64,000 bases of DNA from Dipteris shenzhenensis (Eukaryota). The notes below the pieces were generated by a model. That model was not told where the DNA came from. It saw nothing but the letters and a program-made list of their open reading frames with translations, and did no database searches. A program made the position numbers and the translations under genes. The stretch is taken from NCBI GenBank assembly GCA_047967505.1, contig CM106538.1. One strand, written 5' to 3'. Positions 63,331-64,000 of this stretch are shown here, in pieces (within the stretch, counting starts at the first letter, position 1; each line of letters starts with the position of its first letter).

Positions 63331-64000
63331 TGCAAATTCCCATGTGCTATGCATATACTATGAATGCAATTTACTATGTGTGGAATGCAATGTGCTATAA
63401 ATCCAAGGAAGGGTGCATTAGTCTCCCCTCACACAAAATGTGTGGTTATGTGCTAAGTGCAAATTGTACTTTCATTTTCAATATTAAATTTCAAGTTCAC
63501 TTTTGAAAAGTGATATGTGCTAAATGAGAATGGCTATGTGCCCAAAGAAGGACACACTCCTTGGTCTAGAGAGTAAGCATGCCAAGTGTCTTTTTTTCCA
63601 ATATTTAAGAAAGCTTACTTCCTGAATCTAGTTTTGTTGGAAGTTTGTTGTGTTTGGAGGTGCTGGCTATGATATGAGAGCTACTATTGGCTATGGCTAT
63701 GGTGATTCGGTTCTGAGCAAGAGTCAGTTGAGGCCACCTCGTCTGAACATAAGATCCGGGCGGGCATCCTGTGAAATCAATTGCCATGAGGGAGGCAAGC
63801 GGGCGGGCGCGCGGGCATCTAGAGTGAAGGAGTGTGAGGCAACCAACCTGAGCCATGGGTAAAGAAAAGAAATTGTGTAACTAACTAGGGTGGGTATAGA
63901 TGGTGTCTTTTTTTTATTTGGGGGGGGCGGGGGGCATCGTTTTGTGTTGCTGGCTATGGCGATTCGAGCTTGTGGCTGTGGCTATGGCGATTGGAGCTCA

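Overview
Eukaryotic, repeat-dominated plant DNA. A fern or other seed-free plant is my guess from the element families, and it is unverified. I found no intact host gene, RNA gene or CRISPR array. The window is a nest of transposable elements. It has three near-full-length copies of one Ty1/copia family (8612-14367, 15651-20763, 42792-48631), each with LTRs, a tRNA-Met PBS and a 5-bp TSD, and all disabled. It also has a related 5' end (1-1864), two further deleted copia elements, two related non-autonomous gag-only/zinc-knuckle-only LTR elements, three LINE remnants, gypsy gag and protease remnants, a decayed Sola2-like DNA transposase and many (GA)n/(CA)n tracts. The most unusual signals are: (i) five exactly 69-bp fold-back palindromes with arm-symmetric variants inside microsatellites; (ii) a ~1.1-kb inverted duplication containing an LTR; (iii) a complete 2.2-kb LTR element whose only ORF is a zinc-knuckle protein; (iv) an EMB8/ABHD-like host-gene fragment inside a copia leader; (v) a CpG-eroded TGACGTGGC array; (vi) a cryptic two-exon 132-codon pseudogene. 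All identities and counts are by-eye estimates and no database searches were run.
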